64,000 nucleotides of DNA from Blastocystis sp. Blastoise (Eukaryota > Protista > Bigyra: Opalinata): assembly GCA_039096225.1 (NCBI GenBank), contig JBBPEB010000028.1:496001-560000 (forward strand), in the 5' to 3' direction. The notes beneath the pieces were generated by a model. The model saw only the letters and a program-made list of their open reading frames with translations. It did no database searches and was not told the DNA's origin. Positions 44,889-58,460 of the stretch are shown in pieces. Position 1 is the first letter of the stretch. Each line of letters begins with the position of its first letter. Made by a program: the position numbers and the translations under genes.

Positions 44889-45768
44889 TTAATCTTTTCC
44901 TGTCAGTACAAATAACCCCATAACAGCTAAAATGACTGTCTTAAGCCAAGGATAATCAGTAATCCAAATCGTAAACATACCAAAATAAGGAGCATATCTA
45001 TATATATATATATTCAATATTAAAAAAGTTTTTTAAATATACATAAAATATTTTCCATAAACACTTGAACGATCTAACCAAGATTGACCTATAATAAAGA
45101 TAATATATATAATATATAATATATAAAATAAAATAAAATAATATAATATAAAAAAAAAAATAAAAAAATAAAATAAATAAAATAAATAATATAAATAAAT
45201 AATATAAATAAATAAAATAAATAAAATAAAATAGCATATATACCTTCTGCATAAAGACCAACATCATGAACAGTATTATTATCTCCTTTCGTTAATATAT
45301 AATAGTTATTTTTCAATGTTTCATGAATAACATGGACTCTGTGAACAATAGGAATATTTCTACCTTTTACATTATAAACGACAATTTCACCAAGTTGAAG
45401 AGGAACAGTATGATTATTTAATAAATAAACGTCACCACGTCTATATCCAGGTCTCATACTTCCACTATAGCACAAATTATACTTATAAAACATAATAATT
45501 GTTATATAGAACTCAATTCAATTCATATTCTCATATAAATACATTAAATGATGATAATAAAAACAGTAACATACCTTAAAATAACAACAATAGGAGATTC
45601 ACTTGCAGTTAAAACCATTAAAAATTTCCATGTCATCCAAGCACTAAAGAAAACAGTAGCTAAAGTAAGTATCTGAATAATGAATCGTCGAGGATCTTTT
45701 AAAACTTGCATCAACACATCAAATTCACTTGCCTTCTTTGGAACAGGCTTCGTTTTATCTGTTGACAT
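44889..45768 (-). CDS. SEC11: Signal peptidase complex catalytic subunit SEC11
   Basis: SESPIVVILSGSMRPG, IPIVHRV, LTKGDNN and APYFGMFTI motifs. Confidence 0.95.
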
Positions 45769-46282
45769 TTTTCTACTCTAACTAGAATAAATTATACATA
45801 AGAATTACATAGTATTACGTAGACACATACATTAAAAAACAACAACAAAAGAAATTTATATATTTTTTTTTTAGAAATTGAACTTTGTGAAATTCCCACA
45901 AGTAATTCAATTTTTTTCTCACATTAATGCTGTATTCCCATAAATCTTAGAATTCCAAAAAACGGAAGAAATGATAAAAAATACCCATTTTGAAAAACCA
46001 CGGGAATTTTATCATTTGTCAAAAAACGATAAACTCTTTTTAGGGTAGGTTAACTACCCTGAAAAGGATTTATTGTGAAGTTCTCCATTCTTAAAGCCGT
46101 AAGAAGAATCTCTTGTATCCCAAGAAAGTCTTTAGAGTCTTTTTTCCTATAGAAATCCTGGGCATCCGTGTCGCTAACATTCTATTCGCTTTAAAAAATG
46201 TGAAAACGGCTGTTTTTTCTTTCAATTCTAAAAGAAGTATCATATTGAAAGGAATTGTTTTTGTTTTTTATTTAAATTAACA

Positions 46283-48016
46283 ATGACTACGGAACCCAAA
46301 GAAAGTACATATCAAAGTGATTCAGAATTAACTGCTGAATACCTTGGTATTGATGAGATTACTCAAAATGCTATTGAAAGTATTGAAAATTTTGATGTTG
46401 ATAGAATTTTTTTCAAAAAGCATAATATTCTTTCAAGACTCGATGTGAAAAGAATGAAGGAATTCAAATATTCAGGACATGACTACTCATTTGTTCACAA
46501 TTGGATATCACTTCCTTTTGTGCAATTCATTTGTCGTTTTGTACCAAGATGGCTTTCGTATCTATTTATATTTATGTTTTTTATTTTGTATTCTGATAGT
46601 CTTAGCACTTTCTTTTTTGTATTTGTTTGTTTTAATGTGTTTCTGTTGTTTATCATTGATTTCTATTCACATATTTATTCTTATTTTCTATAGACCAAAT
46701 GTTGTAAGTTTATCATTTAGTATATTATGTTCTATTTTATAAATTAGATTACTGTAAGTGGTCTTATGTTGAATGTAGTTGCTTATTTTATTATCAGCTA
46801 TTATTCCTATCGCTTTGATGGTGATATCCCAAGTTGGGTCTTTTATTATGCTGCATTTGCTATGATTGGTTATTATGTATTAGATATTCTTGATGGTATG
46901 GTCGCTCGAAAATTCAAAACTGGAAGCCCTATGGGTATGCTTGTAGATCATGGTATGTATATTATGCTTTTTTATATGAATATTGTAGTTTTTCTTCATT
47001 AATTCATTGTGTAGTTTATATTTTTATTTTTAGAAATTTATTATGTTATATATATTTATATTTCTATAGGATGTGATTGTGTTAATACTACTTTAATTGC
47101 TGTTAATATTTGTTCAACTCTTAAACTTGGTTCTCATGGTATAAATCTTGTTTATATATATTTATATTGGGTCCTTTATTTATCATCATTTGTGAATCAT
47201 ACATTACTTCAATATTTAACTGGATATTTGAAACTTGATTATATAAATGGTTCTAATGAAGGTGTTTTCCTTGTTGCTATTTATTATACTATTTGTGGTT
47301 ATTTTGGTCAATTAGATAAAGAACATGGTGTATATATAATATATTTAACTACTTTATTATCAGTTGGTGAGAACTTTATAAAATGGTTTGAATTATATAA
47401 ATATTGTAAAGAGAAGCAATTAAATATAAAGACAAGTTGTGCACCTCTTATTTATTTCTATACTATTGTTATCAGTAATGCGTTTTGGATGTGGCTTGAA
47501 CCGGATCTTTTTGAACAAAACCCTCGTATTATCTTCAGTTATAATGCTTCTATGGCCACTGATATTCTAGTATATATTATTATTATTATTGTTATTATTT
47601 TTATTGTTATTATTTTAAGTGTTATTGTATATTGTTTTATTGTTATTGTTTTATTATTATTATTATTGTTTTATTATTATCAGCTTATTCTATATTCTAT
47701 ATTTTATATTCTATATTCTATATTCTATATATAGACTGAATTAATGATAGCTCATATATGTGCTAGACCTTATAGAGGACATATATATAAATTATTACCT
47801 TTATTATATATTGGTATATTAAATGCACTTACTAAATATATTGTACCTGCTCATCAAGATTTATTTGATTCTTATACATTAATATATGTTGTTGGTCTAG
47901 TAGCTTTCTTTAATGCTGTAAGAAGAGCTGCCTCAGTTATTAAACAAATGAGTACTGAATTAAATGTTCCTATTTTCACGGTTAAACCACTTAAAGTTGA
48001 AGAAAAACAAGAATAA
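46283..48016 (+). CDS. CEPT1: CDP-alcohol phosphatidyltransferase (choline/ethanolamine phosphotransferase)
   Basis: 'FKYSGHDYS', 'PRWLSPNVIT' (built via a 10-nt microexon) and the signature DILDGMVARKFKTGSPMGMLVDHGCD. Confidence 0.9.
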
Positions 48017-48687
48017 TCATATTCTTCTTCTATTCAATTTTATATTCATTATAATTTCTTTTTTTTCTTGTTTTTTATGGATTTATATTCATTTCAATGA
48101 CTTGTTTTTTATTTTACCTAAAAATATAATTTCGAAATGTTTTATATTTTTACATATAACGAATTATATAAATATATATTGTATTGTTAATATTCAATTT
48201 TTATCAATTATTTAGAAGAAATATTCTAATACATAAACTTTTGGTATTGTATACTTGTGGAGTATACAAACATTCTCATACATACTTGTTAACCATTTTA
48301 TGACCAAAATCTGGAAATTTTCGAATCATTTTCAATATTTTTCCTATTTCTATTTGTTTGAATTGCTTTTATTGCTCACGAAATCATTTTTATATTGTAT
48401 AACATAAATTTATACAATTCATCTCATTTTTAAACCATTATTTGATTAAATTAAGATTTCTCTTATTTGTTTTTGTTATTAGAACCGATAAGTCTAAATA
48501 TTCATTTTGGTGAATATAAATAAATCATCTTTTACTCCATAGTATCTAATTATTATGCATATTTTTAAGAAAAAACAAAGAAAAATTTAATAAAACACAA
48601 TTCCCCATTTTTTAATTTTGAATCTTTTAGTTTCGCTATTTATTTCAATGAATAGTACTTGTTTTTTATTTATTTGTATATGAAGAA

Positions 48688-50499
48688 ATGTTTAGAAGAA
48701 GTATAATTGTTTTCATTACATTATTACTATGTGTTTTTGCTGAAAAACCACTTCTTCACGTTGATCAAAATGGATTTTTTAAAGTTGTACAATTTACAGA
48801 TCACCATTGCGCTCAAAGAAGTAATGACACAACAACTTATGAAGCTATGAAGAATGTTATCAGTATAGAGAAACCTGATTTTGCTGCCATTACAGGAGAT
48901 ATGGTTGGAGGTATATTTCTTATCCTTTGTCTGTTTTCTCATAATTTTTAGAACTATTTATATTTCTGATAGATTTATATATATATATATATTATTTCTT
49001 TTTATTTTTTAGTATATAAATATTTTTAGGAGCTGCATGGGATAAAACGAAAGGATGGTTTGAAAAACAATGGAAACTTATGACTCGTGTTTATAATGAA
49101 TATAAATTATATTATGGATATGTTTTAGGGAATCATGATTCTGAAGTATATAAATATATATTATATTTCTATATTTATGTATTTCTATTTATAATATATA
49201 ATATATAATATATAATATATTTATGTATTTATATATTTATATATTTATATATATATAATATATAATATATTTATATATTTATGTATTTCTATATAATATA
49301 TAATATATAATATATAGGCTGATTTAAGTAGAGAAGAAGTGATGCAATTAGATATGACGCACCCTTTTAGTATGAGTAAATTAGGACCAAAAGACATCGT
49401 CGGAGCATCTAATGTATATATATATATATATATATATTCTATATATTCTATATATTCTATATATTCTATATATTATATATTAATTATATATTTAAAAAAA
49501 ATCATATTATATTCTTATTATTCTTATTACTAATTTTATAATACCAGTATATGAATATAACAGTACTACTAAATATGCATTCATTATGTATTTCTTTGAT
49601 TCGATGAGAGACACGTGCATGGGGGTCCGAAGTTGGGGATGTGTCGAACTGGAAACCATTGATTGGTATTATAAAAAAAGTCAAGAAATTGAAAAACAGC
49701 AGGGTCATGTAGTACCAGCTATATATATATATAGTTATTCTAATAGAATTCTATTAAATATATATTTATAAAGCTATCGCTTTTCTTCATATTCCTCCTC
49801 AAGAATTTATGACTGCTTGGAATGTATTTATATATTTAACTATATTTATATATATATAGTTAAAAATAGACAACAAATACAATACTATTCTTTATATATG
49901 TATATATAGGATGGTAAACCAGTAGGGTATAAATATGATTGGGTGAATTGTCCACCTCAAAACTCTGGATTATTTGCCGCTATGAAAAAGAGGTAATAAT
50001 AATAATAATATATATTATATATAGAATATTATCATCGTTTATAATAAATAATAGTTTCTTTTTATAATAATATTTATCTATATTATAGAAATGACGTTGT
50101 TGGTATATATGCAGGACATGATCACAGCAGTGACTTCGCAGTCACGTGGCAGGGAATACAATTAGCATATGGACGTAAAACAGGGAAATCCGTCGATAGT
50201 CCCCCTGAATTGTATATATATATATATATTATTGATCATTATAATCTATTTATATTCTATATTCATTAAACATAAATTTTTCTATATATCATAATAATAA
50301 TAATAAATTCCTTTCAAATAATATTATTATATATAGTATGAAAATAGGAGGTCGTGTGATTAATATTCGAAGTCATAGAGGAGAATCAATTGATATTGAT
50401 ACGTATATTCGTAATATTGATGGTGAGAAAGAGATTCAGACGAAACCTGATGGCTATATGGAACGACAAAATGAATGTGAACGCGGATATACACTTTAA
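48688..50499 (+). CDS. Secreted calcineurin-like metallophosphoesterase (DCR2/PAP29-like)
   Basis: Signal peptide plus FKVVQFTDHH, ITGDMV, LGNHDSE, AFLHIP, AGHDH, YGRKTG and GGRVI motifs. Confidence 0.88.
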
Positions 50500-50726
50500 C
50501 TATTATATCAATTTCAAATAATAATAATTATTATTATTATTGTATTAAAATATATTAATAATGAATTGTTTTTTCTTATTTATACATGTAATTAACAAAG
50601 CCATATAAATAAATAAAATACATTTATAAATCAACAAAAGAAACTAATGAAAACAAATAAAAAAAAGTGGAAAAATAGCATATTGACAACAAAAATATAT
50701 ATATAAAATATAAAAATAGAAAGAAA

Positions 50727-51274
50727 CTAATATTTCACTTGAGGAATACCACGTGTAAATAAGGCCATCATTAAAGATTTAAATGAACCTATAACAATAC
50801 TACCTAACATATAGAAGAAACGAATAGAATCTACTAAACAAACACCTATAAAGAGACCTACAGACAGATAACATAATTTTTGTTTTTCGTCAATAACCTT
50901 TGGCTTGCAGATAGTAGCGCTATCGTAAATATCTTTCTTACCAAGATATAAATAAACATGTACAGCGACAAGAATCGCATATAATAAGATATCCCACAAG
51001 TTAAAAGAGAGTACAGATAGAACGGATCCTAAAACAACACAGAAACGCTCTAATTCTAAAGGAAAATAAAAATATAATGTAAATCATCTAAATCAGCTCA
51101 TGAACCTACAATATATATACTTTGAGCATTCTTAAGAAGTGTTATGACATTTAAACTATCGGTATATCCCTTAGATAATTCATAAAGTTGTTGATATTCG
51201 TAGATGACACATGAAATGCCCACAGCAGTCGTAATCACTTGAAGGAAAAGTTCGATGAGAGTAAGGTAACCCAT
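50727..51274 (-). CDS. Small multi-pass membrane protein of unknown function
   Basis: Two exons in frame, MGYLTLIELF..AQ and KLERFCVV..PQVKY*, with several hydrophobic segments. Confidence 0.65.
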
Positions 51275-51892
51275 ATTATTAGAGAAAAAAAACCAAAAGT
51301 CGATAAAGAAATCTAAAAAAAGTAAAATTGATATTTACTCAGAAATAGTCAGTGCAGTCACTGTCTTGTCCGTTTTTCTCAGGATTTTTCTTACTGTACA
51401 CATTATTCATGAATTCATATGATATAGATCTCAATTTGATTCTTCATTGCATAGGAATCATGATCATAAACTTAATGAATTGATTTCATTCACTACCGAC
51501 TCATCAATTACTCATTTAGTGTGATAAATATTAGCTAATTTTAATCAGCTAGACTCTATTTATCTTGAGATGGTGTTATAACATGATAATCTTGTATTTT
51601 ATGGCTGTATAAAAAGAATTATCGAATTGATTATATACTTAGTCATTCTCGATTCACTTTTCATTATTATACAAATCGAATAACTTTAATAAAATCATTT
51701 TTAATATATTAACATCAAATGTGTTAATGACCTATTGTTATGTATTGTTACAAACATAACTAATTCACTACACATATCAGTACTTATATATTGCAACAGT
51801 GATTAAAGTTGATATCATGCTTAGAAACAAAATAAGCATAGAATAAATGAAAAGAAACAAAATAATTTCTATTCATTTTTTTTTGACTCATA

Positions 51893-52391
51893 ATGCAAGC
51901 TATTCCTTCTATTTTACGTTCTATATCCATGTTAAGACAACCTACTAAAGGTTTATTAACATCAGTCTCTTCAATTCGTTCCATTGCAACCTCTGATTGT
52001 ATCGATAGAACTAAAAAAGTATCTATATATTTCTTAATTAGTTTGATTTATATTCTATAACATTCTCCCATACATATTAGTTGGATATTACTCCTATCAT
52101 TGAACAAAAATTGAAAAAGCAATTCAATGCAACTGAAGTTCATATAAAAGATTTATCAGAAGGTTACAACCAATTATTAGAGATTCGTATTTCTTCTCCA
52201 CTTTTCAAAGATATGTCTGTGATTCAGAGACATAGAGCATTGAATTCTGTATATCCTCATATTTATTATATTATCAAAACTCTATATTTTTCACTCGAGA
52301 ATACATAATGTATTTATAGGCTCTATCTGAAGAAATGAAATTAGTTCATGGCATTTCTTTTATTCCCACAGTTTCGGAAGAATCAAAGTAA
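51893..52391 (+). CDS. BOLA: BolA-family protein with an N-terminal mitochondrial/MRO presequence
   Basis: 'IRISSPLFKDMSVIQRHRALNSALSEEMKLVHGI'; Arg/Ser-rich N-terminus MQAIPSILRSISMLRQ; three exons. Confidence 0.85.
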
Positions 52392-52553
52392 ATTATAAGA
52401 ATATTATATAAAATCATGTTCGATCTCTTTATACCATTTAATTGTATATTCGTTGTTGTTTTCATTTTCTTAGAAAAAAAAACAAAACAATCGTTTTTAT
52501 TAACAAAAAAATACATATATAATTTTAAAAAACATGGAATACGAAACAGTAAT

Positions 52554-54848
52554 TTATTCTTCAATTATTTCACCACTCTCTTCAATTATCTCTTCTTCTT
52601 CTATATCTATAAAAGATGAATAATCAATATTATTATAAATAGAATAAAATATATAAATACCAAGAGGAATATCATTTTGATTATTATTGTTATTATTAGC
52701 CTCATATTCATAGTCAATATCATTAGTATCCATCTCATCATCATAATAGAACTCCTTATCTTGTTCATATCGCTCAATTTCCTTTCTTCCAGCACCTATA
52801 TATATTTGTTATTATATATTTTATCTATATGTTTCACTATTAAAGATATTGTGTAAATAATATCAATATATATAATAATAATAATCATAATCACAAATAT
52901 ATACCTTTTTCTTCTTTTGTGTGTTTATAAGCTTTATCAAATGGTTTATGTTTTTGTTGTTTTTCAACTTTTTTCTTAACAATAATAACATCAGGAACAT
53001 AATCATGATAGATATATATATAATATATATATTATTATATTCAATATAATTACTATATATATATAATAGTTTGATATATAATATCTTTCTTACATTCATG
53101 AATATTATATATATACATATATATATACATGAATGGTATTATCATCATCATTGTTAAAGTTACTAGAGCGTATATCATATCCTAATACTGTATCTCCTGG
53201 CTCTACTATTCCTCCCAAATGAGTAAATACAGTAATAGTATCGTCAGAAACACCTATATATATATATATATATATAGAGTATTGACAATATATTGTAGAG
53301 TAGAATAAGAATGATGAATATATATAGATTTGTTCATAATAATAATAATATATAAATATATATACCAAAATCGCTTTCTTTAATTATAGTAATCTCAGCA
53401 AGATAATGAGGAGTGGTTACCTATATATATAATCACAATCAAAGTATATATATAATAAATATTTTTAATAATAAATTATAATGAATAATATATAGTATAA
53501 TCTATATTATAATATATATATATACATGAGAGTCTACGGGCTCTATATCTAGGCATATATATTCTTTTAATTCACTTGAAGTCATTAATACGCCAAATGG
53601 ATGTTTGGAATAAGCAGCACTATATACATCTATTACATTCATATTAGTAACATCAATAAATCTCATAGAAGAAGAAATACGTGTACATAATAGAACGTTA
53701 TTATATCCTGAATATAGAGACTTTGGGATAATCACTATATCTTCTTTACAGACTGTTGGTATATCTATTTTATAAGTATATCTATTTTTATATACATTAT
53801 TATGTATATCTTGAGATACTACTTGACGAGATGAATGAATAGAATTTAGAATACAAAGACTTTTAATACTATTCATAAATGTAATAGCATCTCCCTTCTT
53901 CTGAAAATAAAAATCTAAACCACTACTACTCAACTATATATAATATATATATATATAAATAATATTATTCTATTCTATTATATCATTAAAAAAAACAAAT
54001 TAACATTATATTATATCATATTATACTATTATATTATATATACATCAACATCACTTGCGTTCTTATGTAAATGTTTTTGTATAATAATTTGTTCTAAATT
54101 TAATAACGTACGTTTATGTTCTACCTATATATATATAATAATTTAGTATATATACTATAATAATATATATATATAATAATATAGTATATAAGCTATAATA
54201 TTATATATATATATATTAAATACAATAAAATAAAATAAAAAATAATAATACTTTTTGTCGTAGTTGAACACAAGCTTCCCATAAATAGTTTGTAGTCACT
54301 TTATTACAATCTGGACACATACTCTGAATCTCTTTATAATGAAGATCTACTGTATTCTATATATATATAATATATTATTATTATTATAAACATATTATTA
54401 AACACAAAAGTAAATCAATAATAGGACTAATAAAAAATATACTTGAACAATAACGCCGTTAAGAATTGATTTTTTATAAGTTAATTTGATTATCATTCTT
54501 CTTGAATGAGGCTCTGTCCATACAAAGCATGCATCTACTACTTTAATTTTTTTTAAACCTTTATTTAATTTTAACATTAAGCCAAGTAAATCTCCAGATT
54601 CTCGTTCACAAGATGCCCATTGCTTAGATGCAGTCAACCATCGTCCACAATTCTTGCAGAACGAAACTTCTAATTCTGTATCTATTCCCTCAGCAAGATC
54701 AATAGTATTCTTGATGCAATTAATACACATATTAGCACCATTACCTGTAATTTGTGCTCCACATAAACAACATTTTCTATAAATCTTAGCACATATATTT
54801 CAGAATCATCATATACATAAGACATTGAGTATCCTTAGAAAAATCCAT
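52554..54848 (-). CDS. NMD3: 60S ribosomal export adaptor NMD3
   Basis: CCLCG..NMCINC, FCKNCGRW, FVWTEPHSRR, CPDC..WEACVQLRQKV, GLDFYF and THLGGIVEPGDTVLGYD motifs. Confidence 0.96.
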
Positions 54849-56043
54849 ATTTATAATTCAATAAAAAATCTAAAAAAAAACAAAACTTCTTTTTTCTCTG
54901 TTCTTTTGAACAATTGTTCACATAGGCTTTTTCATTTGAATTCAGTTAATGTGGAATCGGATTTATTGTAATTCATTTCAGATAAAGATACTCTATTAGA
55001 ATATGAAGAATATTATAAAAAACTAAGATTCCTTGAGCACAGTTTTTTATTTTTCGATTCCAAATATCTGGAATTTTAGTTATAACTAATGTTTGCGTTT
55101 GGGGAGAATAACTCATCATATTATAATGAAATAATGGTAAGAAACCAGAACAAAATCTATGATTATTACGTTTTAAAGAAGGTTCTAGAGGATCAAGAAT
55201 TATCACGAAAATGGAGTGGTCAATAGATTTTCATTTTCCTTATGAGTATATATTATGATTATATTGTGTTCATCTAGACATCTATATTTGTTCTCTCTTC
55301 CTATTTTATTAAATATATTTATTGTAATAACATGAGAGTCCTCATAAATAATGTCTATTGTGGTTTCTTTGTTGTGCGTTATATATACATATATATCATC
55401 ATCCAATGAGAGTAATTTACTCATAAATCGTACTTATTCCATGTCTTTAAGATAGATATTCAATAGATATTATATAAATGTCTTATTCTTCTCTGAATTC
55501 TGTTTATTCTATAAATACTTCTAATTAGTTGAATAAAAGAAAATTTATATATCATAATAATTCAAATATATATTATAACACATGAGAACTATGTTATTTT
55601 TTGTTCATCATTGGTTCTTATGAGTGATAATGAGATTTTTATTTAAAAACAAAACAGTCGTTTTTATTTTAAATAATAATATTATTATTTAACTTGAGTA
55701 TTTAAAAAAATTTGTATTACACAAATAATATATGTATTTGTCATATATATATACGTTATAAGGATCATAGGTTATAATGTATTTCATATTTTTTATGAAT
55801 ATATTAAAGTAAATATTAACTATGACACAATATTAAAAAATAAGCATTATTATTCTTTGGAACAATAAAGAGAACCATATATATATATATATATATATAT
55901 GAGATGCTGTTTTTAAAATATATATGTATGACTCCCTCGGTGTGAAAATTTGTTAAATGAACATTTTTTATTTTAATAAAGAATAATAAAATGAATTCAT
56001 TTAACGAAGCAAATAATTGAATATAAAAAAATAGCGATTAATT

Positions 56044-57052
56044 CTAATCAACATTAAGTTGTTTTTTAATTTTTTCTAATAAATATTGACTTTGGAATTT
56101 CATGATAGGTTGTCCATTCTTTGTTCTTGCATTTAATTTATGTGAAGTCTTCTGTTTTCTTGAGATTTTATGTTTTATTTCTAATTCTTTCTTTTCTCTT
56201 TGTACTCTCTTTTCTTCTTGTTGCTTTTTATATTCTATATATATAGTTAATTAAGGATATTAAAAGCTAGGATAATGATATATAAGAATAGTAAAAAAAT
56301 ATAAAAATAGAATATAAACAATAGAATATATATATATAATAGTTATGACTATATTATAAGAAATACCTTCTGCTTTCTTCTGAGCTTCCTGGAACATATT
56401 AGGTTTATGAGTAGTAAATGTTCTTTGTTCTATATAGAATAGAAATATAATAAATAGAATAATACTCGTTTATAATAATAATAATATAATAATAATAATA
56501 AAACTATACTTGGTTTTGTTTTTCCATCTATAATTTTCTTAGGTTTATTCTCGTTTTTCTTCTTTAAATCTTCAACGACAAATACATTATTCTCTTCATC
56601 TTTTACTTCTTTTATATTATTATTTTCATCATCAGAATCAGCATTCACAACAAAAGCATCCTCTATATATATATATTTAATATTAATTCTAATAATATAT
56701 GAATATTCAATCACAATGACTTACCATAATTTTCCTTGTCTGTAGATATCTAAATATATAAATGAGAAAATGATATTCAATATACTTGTTGTCTTAATTG
56801 TAAGTCATCTTCACTTTCTTCTTCATTATCTGACATTTCATCATCATTGATTTTCTTTGGGATATTCTTATTGACTTCCTTTTCCTTCAGCTTCTTATAT
56901 TTATGAAGAATATTAGAATTCTTATTAAAATTCTGTTTACGTTTGATTTGTTTTCTCTTCAAAGAAATTGAATTTGAATCCACAATTTTCTTGTTTGAAT
57001 CATTCTTATTAAATCCCCTCTTGAAGGGTCTTCTAGATACTGTGCCACTCAT
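56044..57052 (-). CDS. FYV7: rRNA-processing protein FYV7/TAP26(CCDC59)-like
   Basis: Lys-rich protein ending 'LNARTKNGQPIMKFQSQYLLEKIKK', matching the family C-terminal motif; four exons. Confidence 0.7.
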
Positions 57053-57286
57053 AGGATAAATATCAGTTGAAACAGTCTTTTATGAAAACTAATAAAAAAA
57101 GTGGTTCAAAGTATAATCGAGGGAACAAGTCAAATTATAGGCAAACTATACTTTTGTTTTCAAAATACATATTTTTTAATCTTATTTCTTTCAATTTAAT
57201 TCTTTAATATCTATTAATACTATTTTATATTCATTCAAGCTTGAATAATATAGAAATATATTTAAAAAATTGAAAATAAAATAAAA

Positions 57287-58027
57287 ATGAGTATTGAAAA
57301 GGAAACAGTAGAGTTATTCTCTTCTAAAGATCTCATAAATGATATTTATAATATTTTTGATGCCTACATAAATGATGGTATACATTCCTTTGAAGATGCT
57401 CTTAAATCTATTTTCGATCAAAATGAAATAGAATACACTGAAGATTTACAACAAGGTACAAACAAGATCAATATATTTTTAAAGAATGTAATTGAAAAGA
57501 ATATGGATAAATTAGAGATTTTTGCAAATCGAAATTTATTTATTACTGTGAATCCATTACCGTTAAAACAATCACTTCCTGTGTCTTTATTAAAAGAAGA
57601 ATATGAACTAGATAAACAAATCAAAGAATTAAAGAAATCTATCTATACATTAAATAATAAGAAATATGAATTAGAAATAAAGCAGAAACGTCTTCAATCC
57701 TCTTTAATGACGATTATCAAACAATTTCAATTACTCTCTTCTCAATTATCATCAGAAGAATTATTAGCTCAATTTACATTATTATCTCATCATATCGATA
57801 TGGTATTGAATGGACAAGGTATATAAAATATAGAGTTTAATATCTATTCATAAAATCTTATTATAATAGCCTTTTTTTCATTTACTGAATTTTCTATTTT
57901 TATTTATATAGAGCTTATATACAGATTAAATCAAGAAATAAATCCTTCACAGAAACCACTGCCTCTAGGAGATTATGAAAATATGGAAGAATTACATTTA
58001 TTATCTAAAGAAATCGACAAGTTATAA
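57287..58027 (+). CDS. MIS12: Kinetochore protein Mis12-like
   Basis: 'LINDIYNIFDAYINDG' and 'NMDKLEIFANRNLF' resemble the Mis12 head motifs, followed by a coiled coil; two exons. Confidence 0.65.
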
Positions 58028-58460
58028 ATAAAACAATAATTCTTATAATGTTTCTTATATACAACAAATAAGTATTCATTATGAAATAATAACAGTTTTC
58101 GCTTTAGTATAGAGTGATTATTGAATCAATAGTGTCACTATTTCTATTATCTTTTAGATAAGTTTTTTAATTATATATATATATATTACTTGAATTCTTT
58201 TTCTATATTCAATTTTTCTTTTTTTTCACTTTTTCTGACATTATTGTCTTTAGTATTATTTATATATATCATTATCATGAATTGTTTTTTGTTTATTCTT
58301 TTTAACTATATAGAGACATTCTAAACTCTTGAGTAATCATTATCTAACTACTTTTCACATTATAAAATGCTCATTTTCATTGATAAATATTATTTTTATA
58401 TTTAAAACATAAAATAATATGAACAAAAAAAAAATAAACATTTTTTAACAAAAAAATTTC

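Noticed and set aside
46100-46165. U3 snoRNA-like CAGGATTTCTATAGG on the minus strand
   Set aside because: Box A/A' is incomplete and no B, C or D boxes were found.
54973-55424. Two short overlapping minus-strand ORFs
   Set aside because: No recognisable motif or supported splice model.
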